Numbered from the stretch's first letter, positions 20,530 through 34,765 are shown. The stretch is 64,000 bases of DNA from Eledone cirrhosa (GCA_964016885.1 OZ024740.1:252588001-252652000), one strand, 5' to 3'. Notes: generated from the sequence alone by a model not told the origin. Numbers and translations are program-made.

Positions 20530-21402
20530 ATATAAGGGAGAGAATTGGGAGTGTGTAACACTCAACTTATCAAATAGGCAGTATATGGTTAGCTCAATGT
20601 CAGAGGACAGAGCCGTAATACAATTAACAACAAAGAGCGCTTAGAACATAGGTATATCTTTAATTGCTAACAGTGTTTCGTCCACACTAGAAGTGGGACT
20701 CATCAGAGCATAAAGAGTAAATACATAGTATACAAGCATTGACAAAGCCAAAACAGAAGAATAAATGTGGGGATACCATAAGTTGGGAGGAGTTTAAAGA
20801 GTAAAGTAAAAGGAGTAAAATAAAATTAAAAAAAATTAAAAAATAAAAATAAAAATAAAAATGAAAAAATAAGAAATGTTATCACTCACAGTTGGGCAGG
20901 GTTCCGTTAACATACAGCTACATACAAGTATACGCATAAGCATGAGCACCCGCATGCACCTACACACAAGCACCCGTATGCAACACATACAGTATACACT
21001 AATACAAATAACATATAGACGGATGGGCACAAGTTAAGAGATAGAGATAGATAAAAAATAGATAAGAGGTAGATAAAAAATAGATAAAAAATAGATAAAA
21101 AATAGATAAAAAAATAGATAAAAAATAGATAAAAAATAGATAAAAAATAGATAAAAGATAAAAAATAAAAAATAAAATAAAATAAAGTAAAGTAAAATAT
21201 ACACCAGAAGATAAATAAAACAATACACCAAAAAAAATGGAGTAAAATATACACCATAAAGGAAGGTGTGGGTGAAGACTGGCAAATGCATAAGCTATCA
21301 AGCTATGTTCAACAAGTGATATACGTACAACATATAAAATACACAAAAATATATACAAAAATATATATATAAAAAATATATATAAAAGAGACGTATATAT
21401 AA

Positions 21403-21442
<40 letters not shown>

Positions 21443-21620
21443 CAGTCCAAGTAATGCATATTTATAAAAATGTAACTGGGGGTAAAAAGATGTAATAAGG
21501 GTAATCAAGATGGTAATTATTAGGGCATGTAATAATAATATTATAGAAATCCTAAGGTGACACTAGTGTTGACTCATGGTGATATATGGAATATATCAGG
21601 AGCACACGAACGCCTTAGGT
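20530..21620 (-). mobile_element. Probable PLE-derived non-coding segment with a hammerhead and an (AAAAATAGAT)n minisatellite (~21045-21160)
   Basis: TA-flanked; hammerhead near its minus-strand 3' end; no ORF. Confidence 0.55.
20665..20710 (-). ncRNA. Minimal type I hammerhead ribozyme
   Basis: TGCT-CTGATGA-GTC..GAC-GAAA-CACTG-TT-AGCA. Confidence 0.8.
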
Positions 21621-21709
21621 GTTGCAGTTAGCCGCAGTTCAACAATAGAGTGTTCGAATGAGATTTTTTATGAACATATGAATATATATATATATATGAA
21701 TATATATAA

Positions 21710-21816
<107 letters not shown>

Positions 21817-21821
21817 AATAT

Positions 21822-22000
21822 AGCGAGGGAAAAGTGGTAAGGAACGAGGTGGACCATAACGCACCAAAGTACTCAATACTTAGGGTAGTAGAGTGGGTAA
21901 TAGGAGTAAGTAAGACCCCGACGGCTGAGCTCAAGCCGTTTCGACGGCTAATTCTGTCGAAACGGCTTGAGCTCAGCCGTCGGGGTCGTACTTACTCCTA
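21822..22000 (-). mobile_element. Short PLE-like terminal fragment with the 3' half of a hammerhead and an inverted arm
   Basis: GAC..GTC-GAAA-CGGCT..AGCCG-TC-GGGGTC; homologue at 38455-38592 (+). Confidence 0.7.
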
Positions 22001-22017
22001 TATATAAATAAATATAT

Positions 22018-22106
<89 letters not shown>

Positions 22107-22135
22107 AATATATATATATAAATATATATGAATAT

Positions 22136-22169
<34 letters not shown>

Positions 22170-22640
22170 GATATTAAATAAATGGAAACTATATTTATAA
22201 AACCATATTTATTTCGTTATATATATTTCAGGGATATCATATTAACAATATGTTATGCCTTCTTCAGACAAAATACAATATAAACAGTCTTATAAATAAA
22301 TAGATACGACATACCTTTCAATCATCTTGCATTTGGGAGGTTGATTTGGCAGTTACGCCAAATACTGCCAAATCAACCTCCCAAATGCAAGGTGATTGAA
22401 AGGTATGTCGTATCTATTTATTTATAAGACTGTTTATATTGTATTTTGTCTGAAGAAGGCATAACATATTGTTAATATGATATCCCTGAAATATATATAA
22501 CGAAATAAATATGATTTTATAAATATAGTTTCCATTTATTTAATATCATAAATATACTCCAAATACTTGTTGAGTGCTTTTATATCAGTTATAAATATTT
22601 ACTCGTTGTTAACCCAACAATTTAAATATAACTTTCCATA
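22170..22640. mobile_element. Hydra-like PLE termini as an inverted pair, with hammerheads at 22210-22275 (-) and 22442-22507 (+)
   Basis: Arms are reverse complements; TATTTTGT-CTGAAGA...GAAA-TATATA-TA-ACGAAATA. Confidence 0.88.
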
Positions 22641-22658
22641 TATATATATATATATATA

Positions 22659-22698
<40 letters not shown>

Positions 22699-22729
22699 TA
22701 TATATAAATATATATGAATATATATATAT

Positions 22730-22760
<31 letters not shown>

Positions 22761-22761
22761 A

Positions 22762-22816
<55 letters not shown>

Positions 22817-22883
22817 AATATATATATAAATATATATATGAATATATATAAATATATATATAAATATATATATGAATATATAT

Positions 22884-22916
<33 letters not shown>

Positions 22917-22919
22917 AAT

Positions 22920-22950
<31 letters not shown>

Positions 22951-22974
22951 AATATATATATAAATATATATATG

Positions 22975-23060
<86 letters not shown>

Positions 23061-23063
23061 AAT

Positions 23064-23130
<67 letters not shown>

Positions 23131-23152
23131 AATATATATATAAATATATATA

Positions 23153-23554
<402 letters not shown>

Positions 23555-23567
23555 TATATATAAATAT

Positions 23568-23614
<47 letters not shown>

Positions 23615-23683
23615 TATATATAAATATATATATATATATAAATATATATATAAATATATATATATATATAAATATATAAATAT

Positions 23684-23718
<35 letters not shown>

Positions 23719-23761
23719 AATATATAAATATATATATATATATATAAATATATATAAATAT

Positions 23762-23792
<31 letters not shown>

Positions 23793-23802
23793 AATATATA
23801 TA

Positions 23803-23850
<48 letters not shown>

Positions 23851-23856
23851 TATATA

Positions 23857-23892
<36 letters not shown>

Positions 23893-23898
23893 TATATA

Positions 23899-24013
<115 letters not shown>

Positions 24014-24112
24014 ATATATGAATATATATATATATATATATATATATGAATATATATATATATATATGAATATATATATATGAATATATATATATATATG
24101 AATATATATATA

Positions 24113-25454
24113 GTAAAGTTCTAGTTTGTAGGAAAGAAAATAAGGCGGCGGTCCCTTCTGGGAAATGGTCATGCTCAGTGTGTAGGAAAGGCGTAGGTAG
24201 AAACTCCATTTTATGTCCCAAATGCAAAGTATGGGTGCATAAAAGATGTAGTGGGATCACAGGTAAGCTAACTAAGAACATAGATTTTTACATGTGGCCG
24301 GTGCTCTGATGCAATAAGTAGCAGCAAGTGCCCACAAAATACTAGCTCATTCAATTGCGCAGAGGGTTCTATAGAAATAGTGGACAGCTTCCGTTACCTG
24401 GGCGACAAAATCAGCAGTGGGGGAGGGTGCTCTGAAAGTACAGTAGCTAGAGTCAGAACTGGTTGGAAAAAGTTCAGAGAGCTTATACCACTATTAGCTG
24501 CTAAAGGGTTCTCCCTAAAAATGAAAGGCAGGTTGTATGATGCCTGCATACGAACAGCAATGTTGCATGGCAGTGAGACCTGGGCATTGTGTTCAGAGGA
24601 TTTACGCAGACTAGAGAGGAACGAAGCTTGCATGCTCCGCTGGATGTGTAACAGTAATATACGTGAATGGCAAAGCATAACCGAACTAAGGAAAAAATTA
24701 GAAATAAGAGGGATCAGATGTTGTTTACTCGAGAGACGGCTACGTTGGTATGGACACGTGATGCGCATGAAAGACGACAGCTGTATAACAAAGTGCAGGG
24801 CAATAAAGATAGACGGTAGCCACGGAGTAGGCAGACCCAGAAAAACATGGGACGAGCTGATAAATTCCGACCTCACACCTCTCCAAGACAATGTCACTGG
24901 ACCAAGACCTTTGGCGGTACTCAGTAATAGAGAAGACCTGCCTTACCTAAATACAAAGTAAAAACCTACTACAGTCAGTAGGCATCTCTATCAAAACACA
25001 CCCCCGTCCCACCACCTCCACCCCATCCACACCGCCCCTTTCAATATAAAGTTATGTTGGTCCCACAACATCCAGGCCGAAACAAATGAGATCGTGTAGG
25101 TGTCACGACAAAAAAACACACAGTCCACGCTGTAAATGTGGCCGTGTAGGCAACACGGTAAAAACCTCCCAGCCCCACACTGTAAATGTGGTTGGTGTTA
25201 GGAAGGGCATCCAGCTGTAGAAAACCCGCCAGACAGTCCACGCTGTAATGTGGCCGTGTAGGCAACACGGTAAAAACCTCCCAGCCCCACACTGTAAATG
25301 TGGTTGGTGTTAGGAAGGGCATCCAACTGTAGAAAACCCGCCAGACAGTCCTATGCGAGCAAGACAACCACTCTTGCCTCAAGTGGGAAAACCCCCGTCC
25401 AAACCCATGCAAGCGTGGAACACGAACGCTAAACCTGATGCTGATGATGATGAT
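24113..25454 (+). mobile_element. RTE family 1, 3' fragment
   Basis: PHD region, ORF 24380-24961, two UTR repeats, GAT tail. Confidence 0.94.
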
Positions 25455-25457
25455 ATA

Positions 25458-25525
<68 letters not shown>

Positions 25526-25563
25526 TATATATATATATATATATATAAATATATATATATATA

Positions 25564-25594
<31 letters not shown>

Positions 25595-25600
<6 letters not shown>

Positions 25601-28515
25601 ATATTTGGGGAGGGTCATATTTGCGTAATATTGCCAGAATTAATAACAGAACACACTCACTGTTTGGTTGGTTTTCGCTTCTCGCTGTCTTTTATATATA
25701 TATATCTGCGATCTAACTTACTCGGTCCTCAATGTTGCCATTGACTGACCGGCGGTCAAAAATAATACAGATACAATATAGACAAACACATATATATATA
25801 GTTTACATAATTTACATAAATCTTTCGTTGCACATCTGCAACATCGTCAGTGGTGTTATATTCATTGTTCCTCCTGTTGTGTTGTATGTCTACGCCATTT
25901 TTTGAGAAAAAATCCTCAACGCTCACATGATGATGTGGACTGACATCCTAAAGCCAAGCAGACGCACTGCCAACAACTTCCAGGCGTCTAACAATGGCAT
26001 ACCACCCTTGTATGGGCTCCGCAAAGACCACAAGACAGTCGACGACCCGACAACAGGACCACCAACAAGACCCGTATGCGGAGCTAATATAGCTAGCAAC
26101 TACAGGATCTCCTACTTCCTCTCAATGGTTATACGCCCCATAATCAAGATGTCCCCAGATGTATGTGAAAGTACAGAGGACCTCCTCAGCAGAATCAGTG
26201 AGTGCAACAAAAACAGGAGCCTATCCAACTGCATAATAGGCAGCATGGATGTGGTGTCACTGTACCCATCCATTAACATTGATTTTGCTGTGAAAAGATG
26301 TGTGGAGATGATCATTGAGAGTGAGGTGGAGTTCTGCGACGTCGACACAGACGAACTGGGCCTCCAACTTAGACTTACCTACGACACTGACTACCTAGAC
26401 AGCCATGACCTTAGATGTTTCTGCCCTAGTAGACCTATAAGAGGTAGACCCCCCACCATAACCTCAATGGCTAAAAAGACTCCCATAGGAAGGTGGATTG
26501 GGTGGACCAAAGCTATACGGACCCCCCAAAACACTGATCAGGTAAGAAAAATGGTCGCACATGCAATAGGGGCTAGTATCAAAACTACCCTAAAGGGCCA
26601 CATATTTAAGTTCAATGAGAAAATCTACACCCAAAATGAGGGAGCAGCCATCGGCGCCAGCATAGCTGGTGATGTTGCCAACCTTTTCATGGTATGGTGG
26701 GAAAGGAGACTTAAAGATCTCCTCCTTAATGAAAGCTCCATAGACCTCATCATGTACTCTCGTTATGTAGACGATATCAATATAGTTATAAGAACACCCC
26801 CACTAGAGAGCACTAACAAGTTTGATTTAGAACGTAGCACGATGGAAAGCATCCAGCAGATAGCTAATTCCATACACCAGAGTATAACTGTAACTATAGA
26901 CTTCCCTTCCAAACACCCTAACAATAGACTACCTGTATTAGACACAGAACTCTGGATTAACACTATAGACGAGAGAGCCCAAATTCTCCACTCACACTAT
27001 GCTAAACCCATGGCCTCCAAATACCTGATACTCAAAAACTCAGCAATGTCCAGTAGTGCTAAGTTTAATATTCTGATCGCAGATTTGGTACGAGTGATGA
27101 AGAATGTGTCCAGCATGTGCGACCCAACAGAAATGGAAGGACACATCCAACACTTCATCAACCGCATGCAGTTCTCTGGCTACAACCAAAGAGACAGAGT
27201 CAGAGTATACGAAGGAGCCATGGAAAAGTATAAGACCCTCATAGAACTGGACATGAAAGGAATTTGCCCACTATACAGGAGCAAATCATGGAATAGCTTA
27301 GATAGGGGTAGACATAAGATAGGGAAGGCCACATCATGGTACGACAACCAGAGATATCAGAGTGTCATGTTTGTGGACGCCACCCCTGGAGGGAAATTAG
27401 CTAACCAGTGTAGAAAGGCCCTGAGAAAGACCCACTTAAAAATAAAGGTGGTAGAAAAGCCAGGAACCACCATAAAATCCCTGATCAGCAAAACCTACCC
27501 TTTTAAGAAAACCCACTGTACCAATAGGAAATGTATCATATGTAAGGTGAACCCCCGGATAAACTGTAAAACTAGAAACGTAGTCTATAGCATAAGATGT
27601 ACAGAGGGTACTTGCAGAAACACGACAACAACATACATAGGTGAGACAGCTCGTAGCATAGGTGAAAGGATAGACCAACACTGGGGGGAACTAAAAGGAC
27701 GAAAAAACGGGTCAGTACTATACGAACATGCTAGACAACAACATGACGGTAACATAGACAACATAGAAATTAGAATAATATCTAAACATAGGAATGACCC
27801 AGCAAATAGGCAAATCAGAGAGGCCAGTGAAATAGAAATTAGAAGACCAAAGCTAAACAGAAAGAATGAGTGGAACAACAACAACACCCAAACAAACAAC
27901 ACTGACCTAAGAGAAGTATAAATAAATAAGTAAATTAAATTAAGTAAATAAAATAAGATAAATAAATACATACACAAGCACATAAACACACACTAGTCAC
28001 CCAGCAGACACAACACTATACACACTAGTCACACATCACACATAACACTATACACACACGCAAACGCATGCGCAAAGAAGACAAAATAAAATAAGATAAA
28101 CAAACAAGCAAATAAATAAATAAATATATAGACAGACTGAACAAAAAAAAAAATGGCGTAGACATACAACACAACAGGAGGAACAATGAATATAACACCA
28201 CTGACGATGTTGCAGATGTGCAACGAAAGATTTATGTAAATTATGTAAACTATATATATATGTGTTTGTCTATATTGTATCTGTATTATTTTTGACCGCC
28301 GGTCAGTCAATGGCAACATTGAGGACCGAGTAAGTTAGATCGCAGATATATATATATAAAAGACAGCGAGAAGCGAAAACCAACCAAACAGTGAGTGTGT
28401 TCTGTTATTAATTCTGGCAATATTACGCAAATATGACCCTCCCCAAATATAACAATATCTGTTTCGACACACGATTTCATATAAAAAACCTCGCAAAACT
28501 AATTCATCGCCGCTA
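25595..28515 (+). mobile_element. Neptune-like PLE, 5'-truncated, with inverted terminal arm (25595-25903)
   Basis: Arm is the reverse complement of 28150-28457; flanked by (TA)n. Confidence 0.92.
25927..27921 (+). CDS. PLE reverse transcriptase + Cys linker + GIY-YIG endonuclease (uninterrupted 664-aa frame, N-terminally truncated)
   Basis: SMDVVSLYPSI, QNEGAAIG, RYVDD; HCTNRKCIIC linker; VVY...YIGETAR..R..QH, REA, LNRK.E. Confidence 0.92.
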   Translation: MMMWTDILKPSRRTANNFQASNNGIPPLYGLRKDHKTVDDPTTGPPTRPVCGANIASNYRISYFLSMVIRPIIKMSPDVCESTEDLLSRISECNKNRSLSNCIIGSMDVVSLYPSINIDFAVKRCVEMIIESEVEFCDVDTDELGLQLRLTYDTDYLDSHDLRCFCPSRPIRGRPPTITSMAKKTPIGRWIGWTKAIRTPQNTDQVRKMVAHAIGASIKTTLKGHIFKFNEKIYTQNEGAAIGASIAGDVANLFMVWWERRLKDLLLNESSIDLIMYSRYVDDINIVIRTPPLESTNKFDLERSTMESIQQIANSIHQSITVTIDFPSKHPNNRLPVLDTELWINTIDERAQILHSHYAKPMASKYLILKNSAMSSSAKFNILIADLVRVMKNVSSMCDPTEMEGHIQHFINRMQFSGYNQRDRVRVYEGAMEKYKTLIELDMKGICPLYRSKSWNSLDRGRHKIGKATSWYDNQRYQSVMFVDATPGGKLANQCRKALRKTHLKIKVVEKPGTTIKSLISKTYPFKKTHCTNRKCIICKVNPRINCKTRNVVYSIRCTEGTCRNTTTTYIGETARSIGERIDQHWGELKGRKNGSVLYEHARQQHDGNIDNIEIRIISKHRNDPANRQIREASEIEIRRPKLNRKNEWNNNNTQTNNTDLREV

Positions 28516-28643
28516 TATATATATATATATATATATATGCACAAGTTCTATTTAAAATTGTTGGGATACCACAATTAAATATTTTTATAACTGATATAAA
28601 GCACTCGACAAGTATTTGGAGTATTAAGGATAATATTGAAAAC

Positions 28644-30395
28644 TTGGAGAAAACAGAGAAAATTCTAGTGAAGTCGGACAAAACTAATAATCTTTATGGA
28701 ATACAAAAGGACATGTATAACGACCTTATATTGAAAGAACTAAGGAAAAAGTACAAGGTAGCAAATAAGGACGAACTTGAAAAACTGAATACAGATGCAT
28801 CTTGTATAATGCATGAATTAGACATTGAGAATAAAACACAACTTTTCATGCCTAGGAAACCAAAGATCAATATGAAGGATGACAAAAGAAACTTTGAAAA
28901 TGATTTACCAGTCAGATTAATTGCACCATCTAAATCTGACCTGGTCAAACTTAGCAAAAATATTCTAGACAGGGTAATACAACAAATTAAAAACTTACCT
29001 AATTTATCTTACTTAAAATTATGGAAAGGGACTAGTGAGGTTATCGATTGGTTTAAAGAAATTAAATATAACTATAATAATAAGTTTATTCAGCTGGATA
29101 TTGCTAACTACTATTCATCTATCACTCCTCATCTACTGAATAAGGCACTAAATTACGCATTTAAACATACAGACCTAACTAGAAATGAAATGCACATTAT
29201 ATTATCGGCAAGGAAAACATTGATAGAATTTAATAACCAACTCTGGACTAGGGCAGATAGAAATAATAATTTCGACATAACTATGGGTTCATCAGACTCA
29301 GCTCAGGTAACGGACCTTGTGGGCCTATTCATAATTAATTCGCTACATAGAAAAATACCAGGTGTAACCGGAGGCTTATATCGTGATGACATGCTTTTAC
29401 TTATACAAAATAATAGCTGTGAACTAAATAGGAAAAGAAAAATTATACAATTTTTTAATTACCATAATCTAAAAGTAGAAATAGAGAATAACCATAAAAT
29501 AGTCAATTTTCTTGACGTAACACTAAATTATCCATTTCACAAACTAAATGAGAACTTGAATTATGTTAATTTTAACTCTAATCACCCCAGATCTGTTAAA
29601 AATACTATAGTGAACTCTGTTCAAGAAAGAATTTCAAGAATTTCATCTAATAAAAATATATTTGATGAAAAAGCGCAGTATTACAACGAAGCGTTAGGTA
29701 GAGCTGGATATAGAAATGAAATTAAATACATTGTTAATAATAATAATAAGCAAACTATCCAAAATAATAACAATTTTAGTTATGGTAACAACTTTAGCAA
29801 CTATAATAGAAAACATTACAATAATTCCAAAAGCCGAAAAAGAAATAGAACTAGAAACATATTATGGTTTGCTTCCCCTTTCTCACTAAATATTAAAACC
29901 CCTATTGCTAAACTATTCTTTAAAGCTCTTGACAAACGCTTCCCTAGAACACATAGATATTACTCAATTTTTAATAGACACACTATAAAATTAACTTACT
30001 CGTCCACCAAAAATTTAGCACAAAATATTAATAGAATTAATAATAGAAATTTAAAACCTAACCAAAATACCAATAATAACCCAAGCAATATTCAATTGAA
30101 TAACTGTAACTGTAGAAATAAATCTAACTGTCCATTAAATAACAACTGCTCAACTTCGCTATCTAGCCTACTATGGGACCTAAAACGAGATAATGTTAAA
30201 TATTCGATGACTTGGAATATTATTTCATAAGCTACTCCTTTTAATTCCTCTTCAGAAAATTGTGATCTTTGTATTGAAGAAATATTCTTTATATTAAAGT
30301 CCAAAAATTCCCTTAATTTAAGGAACAATTTATTCAGTTGCTGCAGACATAGATTGAACTCAACGTTTAAATATAAATATAAATTTAAAATGTAG
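28644..30395 (+). pseudogene. Hydra-like PLE RT with deleted GIY-YIG core and a premature stop at 30228
   Basis: QLDIANYYSSI, ITMGSSDS, LYRDD, VNFLDVTL; lacks the IIY...YVG block present in the 643-1308 copy. Confidence 0.88.
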
Positions 30396-32075
30396 TATAA
30401 TTAATTAAGTAATTTAGTTAATATATAAAACCTGTCGATAAATCATTAGATTCCTTCACCTTTTTCTTTTTAAACTTTCTTCCTAAATATAAACATAGAT
30501 ATAATAAACTACTTTAAAATGTCTATACTTACAATATCTTAAATAAAATATACATAGGATAAATTTCTATACTAAATATAAGGATATCTGTAGAATCCTT
30601 GGGTTTTTTAAATCTTTTAAGTTTTTTAATTTTAAACATTTTTTAAGTGTTTTTTTTTTTTTTTTAAATTTTTTGAAATTTTTAGATTTTTTAATTTTTT
30701 AATTTTTAAATTATATTGATATAATATTTATTTAACTTTTATTTTATTTTATTTTTACTTATTTTTATTAGTTTTGCTTTGATTCTGATAGCTTCTCATA
30801 ATTCTCATAAGTCTACCCTTTCAATATCTTGATTGAAATATACGTAGGATAAATTTCTATACTTAATATATGAAACATATTTTAACTTAAGATACTCTAT
30901 AGTGTTTTAAAGATATTTAATGCTTTGACATTTCTAGAATTCGTTTGTCTTTTGACTATATTGATATAGTTGTATTTCCAAAATATAATCCTTTGGTATT
31001 TTAAATTTATATTGGTATAATTATATTTCCAAAGTATAATCCTTAGTAATATATTGATATTTGATTATCTCTATACAAATGTATATGTGTATTAACATGC
31101 ATATAAAAGTGTTATAGGTTTTTTATGATTGTATATATATCTGTATGTATACATGAGCGATGCGTGATGACGCACGCAGATATTCATTTATACATATATA
31201 GGTGTATATGTATGTGTGTGTGTATGTATATGTGTGGGTAAGAGTTATGTTGCATAACCATGCAGTTTGGATCGCAGATATGAATAATTTCAACAAAATG
31301 TTAAATGCATGAATGGTAATCATATATATGAAGTCATGAATGTTAATCGTATATATTTATATGTATATATACTGTGAACTTTTTATAACACAAGGAATGT
31401 ATAGCAGTGATTAAGAGAAATCGTCTGCGTTTTATATGTCTATATTGTTGACTTGAGTAAATATAATTTCTATTTTCAGGACGTGCGTGTATATATATAT
31501 ATATTTGTGTGTCTTTGCCTGAGATACTGACTTCTCTAGCAATGTGTACATTTTGGAGATTAAAACCAAATTTTGGTATATTGATCTCAAGGTTTAAACT
31601 AAACATATAGTCATTATTAAACAATGTTTAATTTCTCATATTATATATCTATGTCTCATTCATGAATATTGATATTTATATTTTTATTATTCATTTCATA
31701 TGAATTGTTAACTCAACTTAATATGACATGACGTAAAGTTTTCATAATCTCCCTCTCTCTATATATAATATTTTTCTATCTGTCTGTTGACTTAATATCT
31801 CTCTGTTGCTTTCCTCTGTTTTTCTTATTTCTTCCTTTTTTTTCTTTTTTTCTTCTTTCTTCCTTTCCTCCTGTCTTTACTTATCTCTTTCTTTTTTTCT
31901 CCATGCATCTCTCTCTCTCCGCGTTTTTTCTTTCTCTCCGTCTTTTTATAATTGTCCTTAACACTATGACTTATTAAAGTAATATAAACAAATCACTATC
32001 CGGATGACTTCCAAAAACAATGGTTGTATTTTAATAGGGTACGTCAAAGCTTATTTGTAAAACTGTTATATATTG

Positions 32076-32140
32076 TATTTTGTCTGATGAAGGCATACCA
32101 TAATATAATTTGGTATCCCTGAAATATGTATAATGAAATA
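32076..32140 (+). ncRNA. Minimal type I hammerhead ribozyme
   Basis: TATTTTGT-CTGATGA-AGG.ATACCA..TGGTAT.CCT-GAAA-TATGTA-TA-ATGAAATA. Confidence 0.88.
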
Positions 32141-32341
32141 AATATGGTTTTATAAATAAAGTTTCCATTTATTAATATCGTATATTATATATATATATGA
32201 ATATATATATATATATATATATATGAATATATATATATATATATATGAATATATATATATATATATGAATGTATATATATATATATGAATGTATATATAT
32301 ATATATATATATATATGAATGTATATATATATATATATATA

Positions 32342-32947
32342 TATGAATGTATATATAATGTATTTTTCAATACACTTTATGCTTAATTAAAAGCATTTTG
32401 AAGACCGTATGCTATTGTTTTAGAGTAGTGACAGACTCACTTACTTTAATTTCAGCAAACAGGGGGAGATAAAGCCGACAAGGCCTTGTTTCTGCATTTT
32501 TTTATGCTTATCAAGGCTAACTACTCCCTCCCGTCTACTGAGATTGCTGATGTTATATTCTTATAGAATTCTAGTAAATAATCAGGAACTGATTATACAG
32601 AGCGGTTGCCGGTCAGGCAGAAATTAAAAATTAGAATTGGAGCTCTGAAATAGCCATATAATCAGTTCCTGATTATTTACTAGAATTCTATAAGAATATA
32701 ACATCAGCGATCTCAGTAGACGGGAGTAGTTAGCCTTGATAAGCATTAAAAAAATGCAGAAACAAGGCCTTGTCAGCTTTATCTCCCCCTGTTTGCTGAG
32801 ATTAAAGTAAGTGAGTCTGTCACTACTTTAAAACAATAGCATACGGTCTTCAAAATGCTTTTAATTGAGCATAAAGTGTATTGCAAAATACATTATATAT
32901 ACATTCATATCTATATGGCTATTTCAGAGCTCCAATTCTAATTTTTA
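32342..32947. repeat. Non-coding inverted repeat with ~260-300-bp arms
   Basis: 32342-32596 is the reverse complement of ~32655-32910. Confidence 0.85.
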
Positions 32948-33058
32948 ATATATATATATATGAATATATATATATATATGAATATATATATATATGAATA
33001 TATATATATATATATGAATATATGAATATATATATATGAATGTATATATATATATATA

Positions 33059-33094
<36 letters not shown>

Positions 33095-33150
33095 TATATA
33101 TATGTATATATGAATATATATATATATGTATATATGAATATATATATATA

Positions 33151-33194
<44 letters not shown>

Positions 33195-33241
33195 TATATA
33201 TATATATATATATAAATATATATATATATATGAATATATAT

Positions 33242-33273
<32 letters not shown>

Positions 33274-33277
33274 GAAT

Positions 33278-33348
<71 letters not shown>

Positions 33349-33364
33349 TATATATATATATATA

Positions 33365-33416
<52 letters not shown>

Positions 33417-33526
33417 TATATATATATGAATATATATATATGAATATATATATATGAATATATATATATGAATATATATATGAATATATATATGAATATA
33501 TATATGAATATATATATATATATATA

Positions 33527-33572
<46 letters not shown>

Positions 33573-33624
33573 TATATATATATATGAATATATATATATA
33601 TATATATATATGAATATATATATA

Positions 33625-34702
33625 TTTCGTTTCTGAATTTGTTTAGCAAGATTCTTTATCTGAAATCGTGTGTTGAAACCGATATTGTTATACTTTGGGA
33701 GGGTCATGTTGCCAATAAGAAACACACGCACCAGTTGCTTTCACTTCAATTTATTATAATAAATTTATAATACATTTATAAATTTATAAATTTCTGGTTG
33801 GTTTGTTGGTTCCACAACCAGATAGTTGTTTATACATAGTCATAGTTCTTTCATCACACACTCTGTGACCTCTTCAGTGACTGAGGATTCCTTTCTTTGT
33901 TTCTGTGACTCTCCTTTGTTCTGTGTGTGTGTTGTGTGCTCAGTCTGCGCATGCGCCACATCCGGGTGTCTGTGTGTGTTTATGTTCATTTATTTATTTG
34001 TTTATTTACATGTTACTGGTTGGTTGTTTGTTCTATGTGTGTGTGTGTTTTCATTTTGTCCTTAATTGTAAGCTGTGATGTTACTGTTCCACTCATATTT
34101 TCTATTTCATTTTGTTTGTAATTCTTTTATGTTTATTGCCTCTGTAATTTGTCTAAACATTGCGTCTTTTCTGTGTGTAGATTCTATTTTTATTTCTATG
34201 TTCTCTAATTTACCCTTGTGTTCTATTTTAGCATGTTGGTAGAGTACAGATGATTCTTTACTATCTTGAAGGTGGAACAGCAACATCACAACTTACAATT
34301 AAGGACAAAATGAAAACACACACACACATAGAACAAACAACCAACCAGTAACATGTAAATAAACAAATAAATAAATGAACATAAACACACACAGACACCC
34401 GGATGTGGCGCATGCGCAGACTGAGCACACAACACACACACACAGAAACAAAATGGCGTAGGACAGAACAAAAGAGAGGCACAGAAACAAAGAAAGGAAT
34501 CCCCAGTCACTGAAGAAGTCACAGAGTGTGTGACAAAAGAACTATGACTATCTATAAACAACTATCTGGTTGTGGAACCAACCAACCAGAAATTTATAAA
34601 TTTATTATAAATTTATTATAAATTTATTATAATAAATTGAAGTGAAAGCAACTGGTGCGTGTGTTTCTTATTGGCAACATGACCCTCCCAAAGTATAACA
34701 AT
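33625..34702 (-). mobile_element. Neptune-like PLE family 2: 3' end with GIY-YIG remnant and inverted arm (34275-34702)
   Basis: Minus frame SSVLYQHAKIEH...FRQITEAINIKELQTK matches the 25927 ORF end; terminal CCCAAAGTATAACAAT. Confidence 0.88.
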
Positions 34703-34723
34703 ATATATATATATATATATATA

Positions 34724-34765
<42 letters not shown>

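Larger units (their letters stand above)
28539..32186 (+). mobile_element. Hydra-like PLE, 5'-truncated, with inverted tail 28539-28623, ~1.8-kb 3' UTR and hammerhead
   Basis: RT ORF, AT-rich UTR and terminal repeat shared with the 14k, 22k and 43k fragments. Confidence 0.88.
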
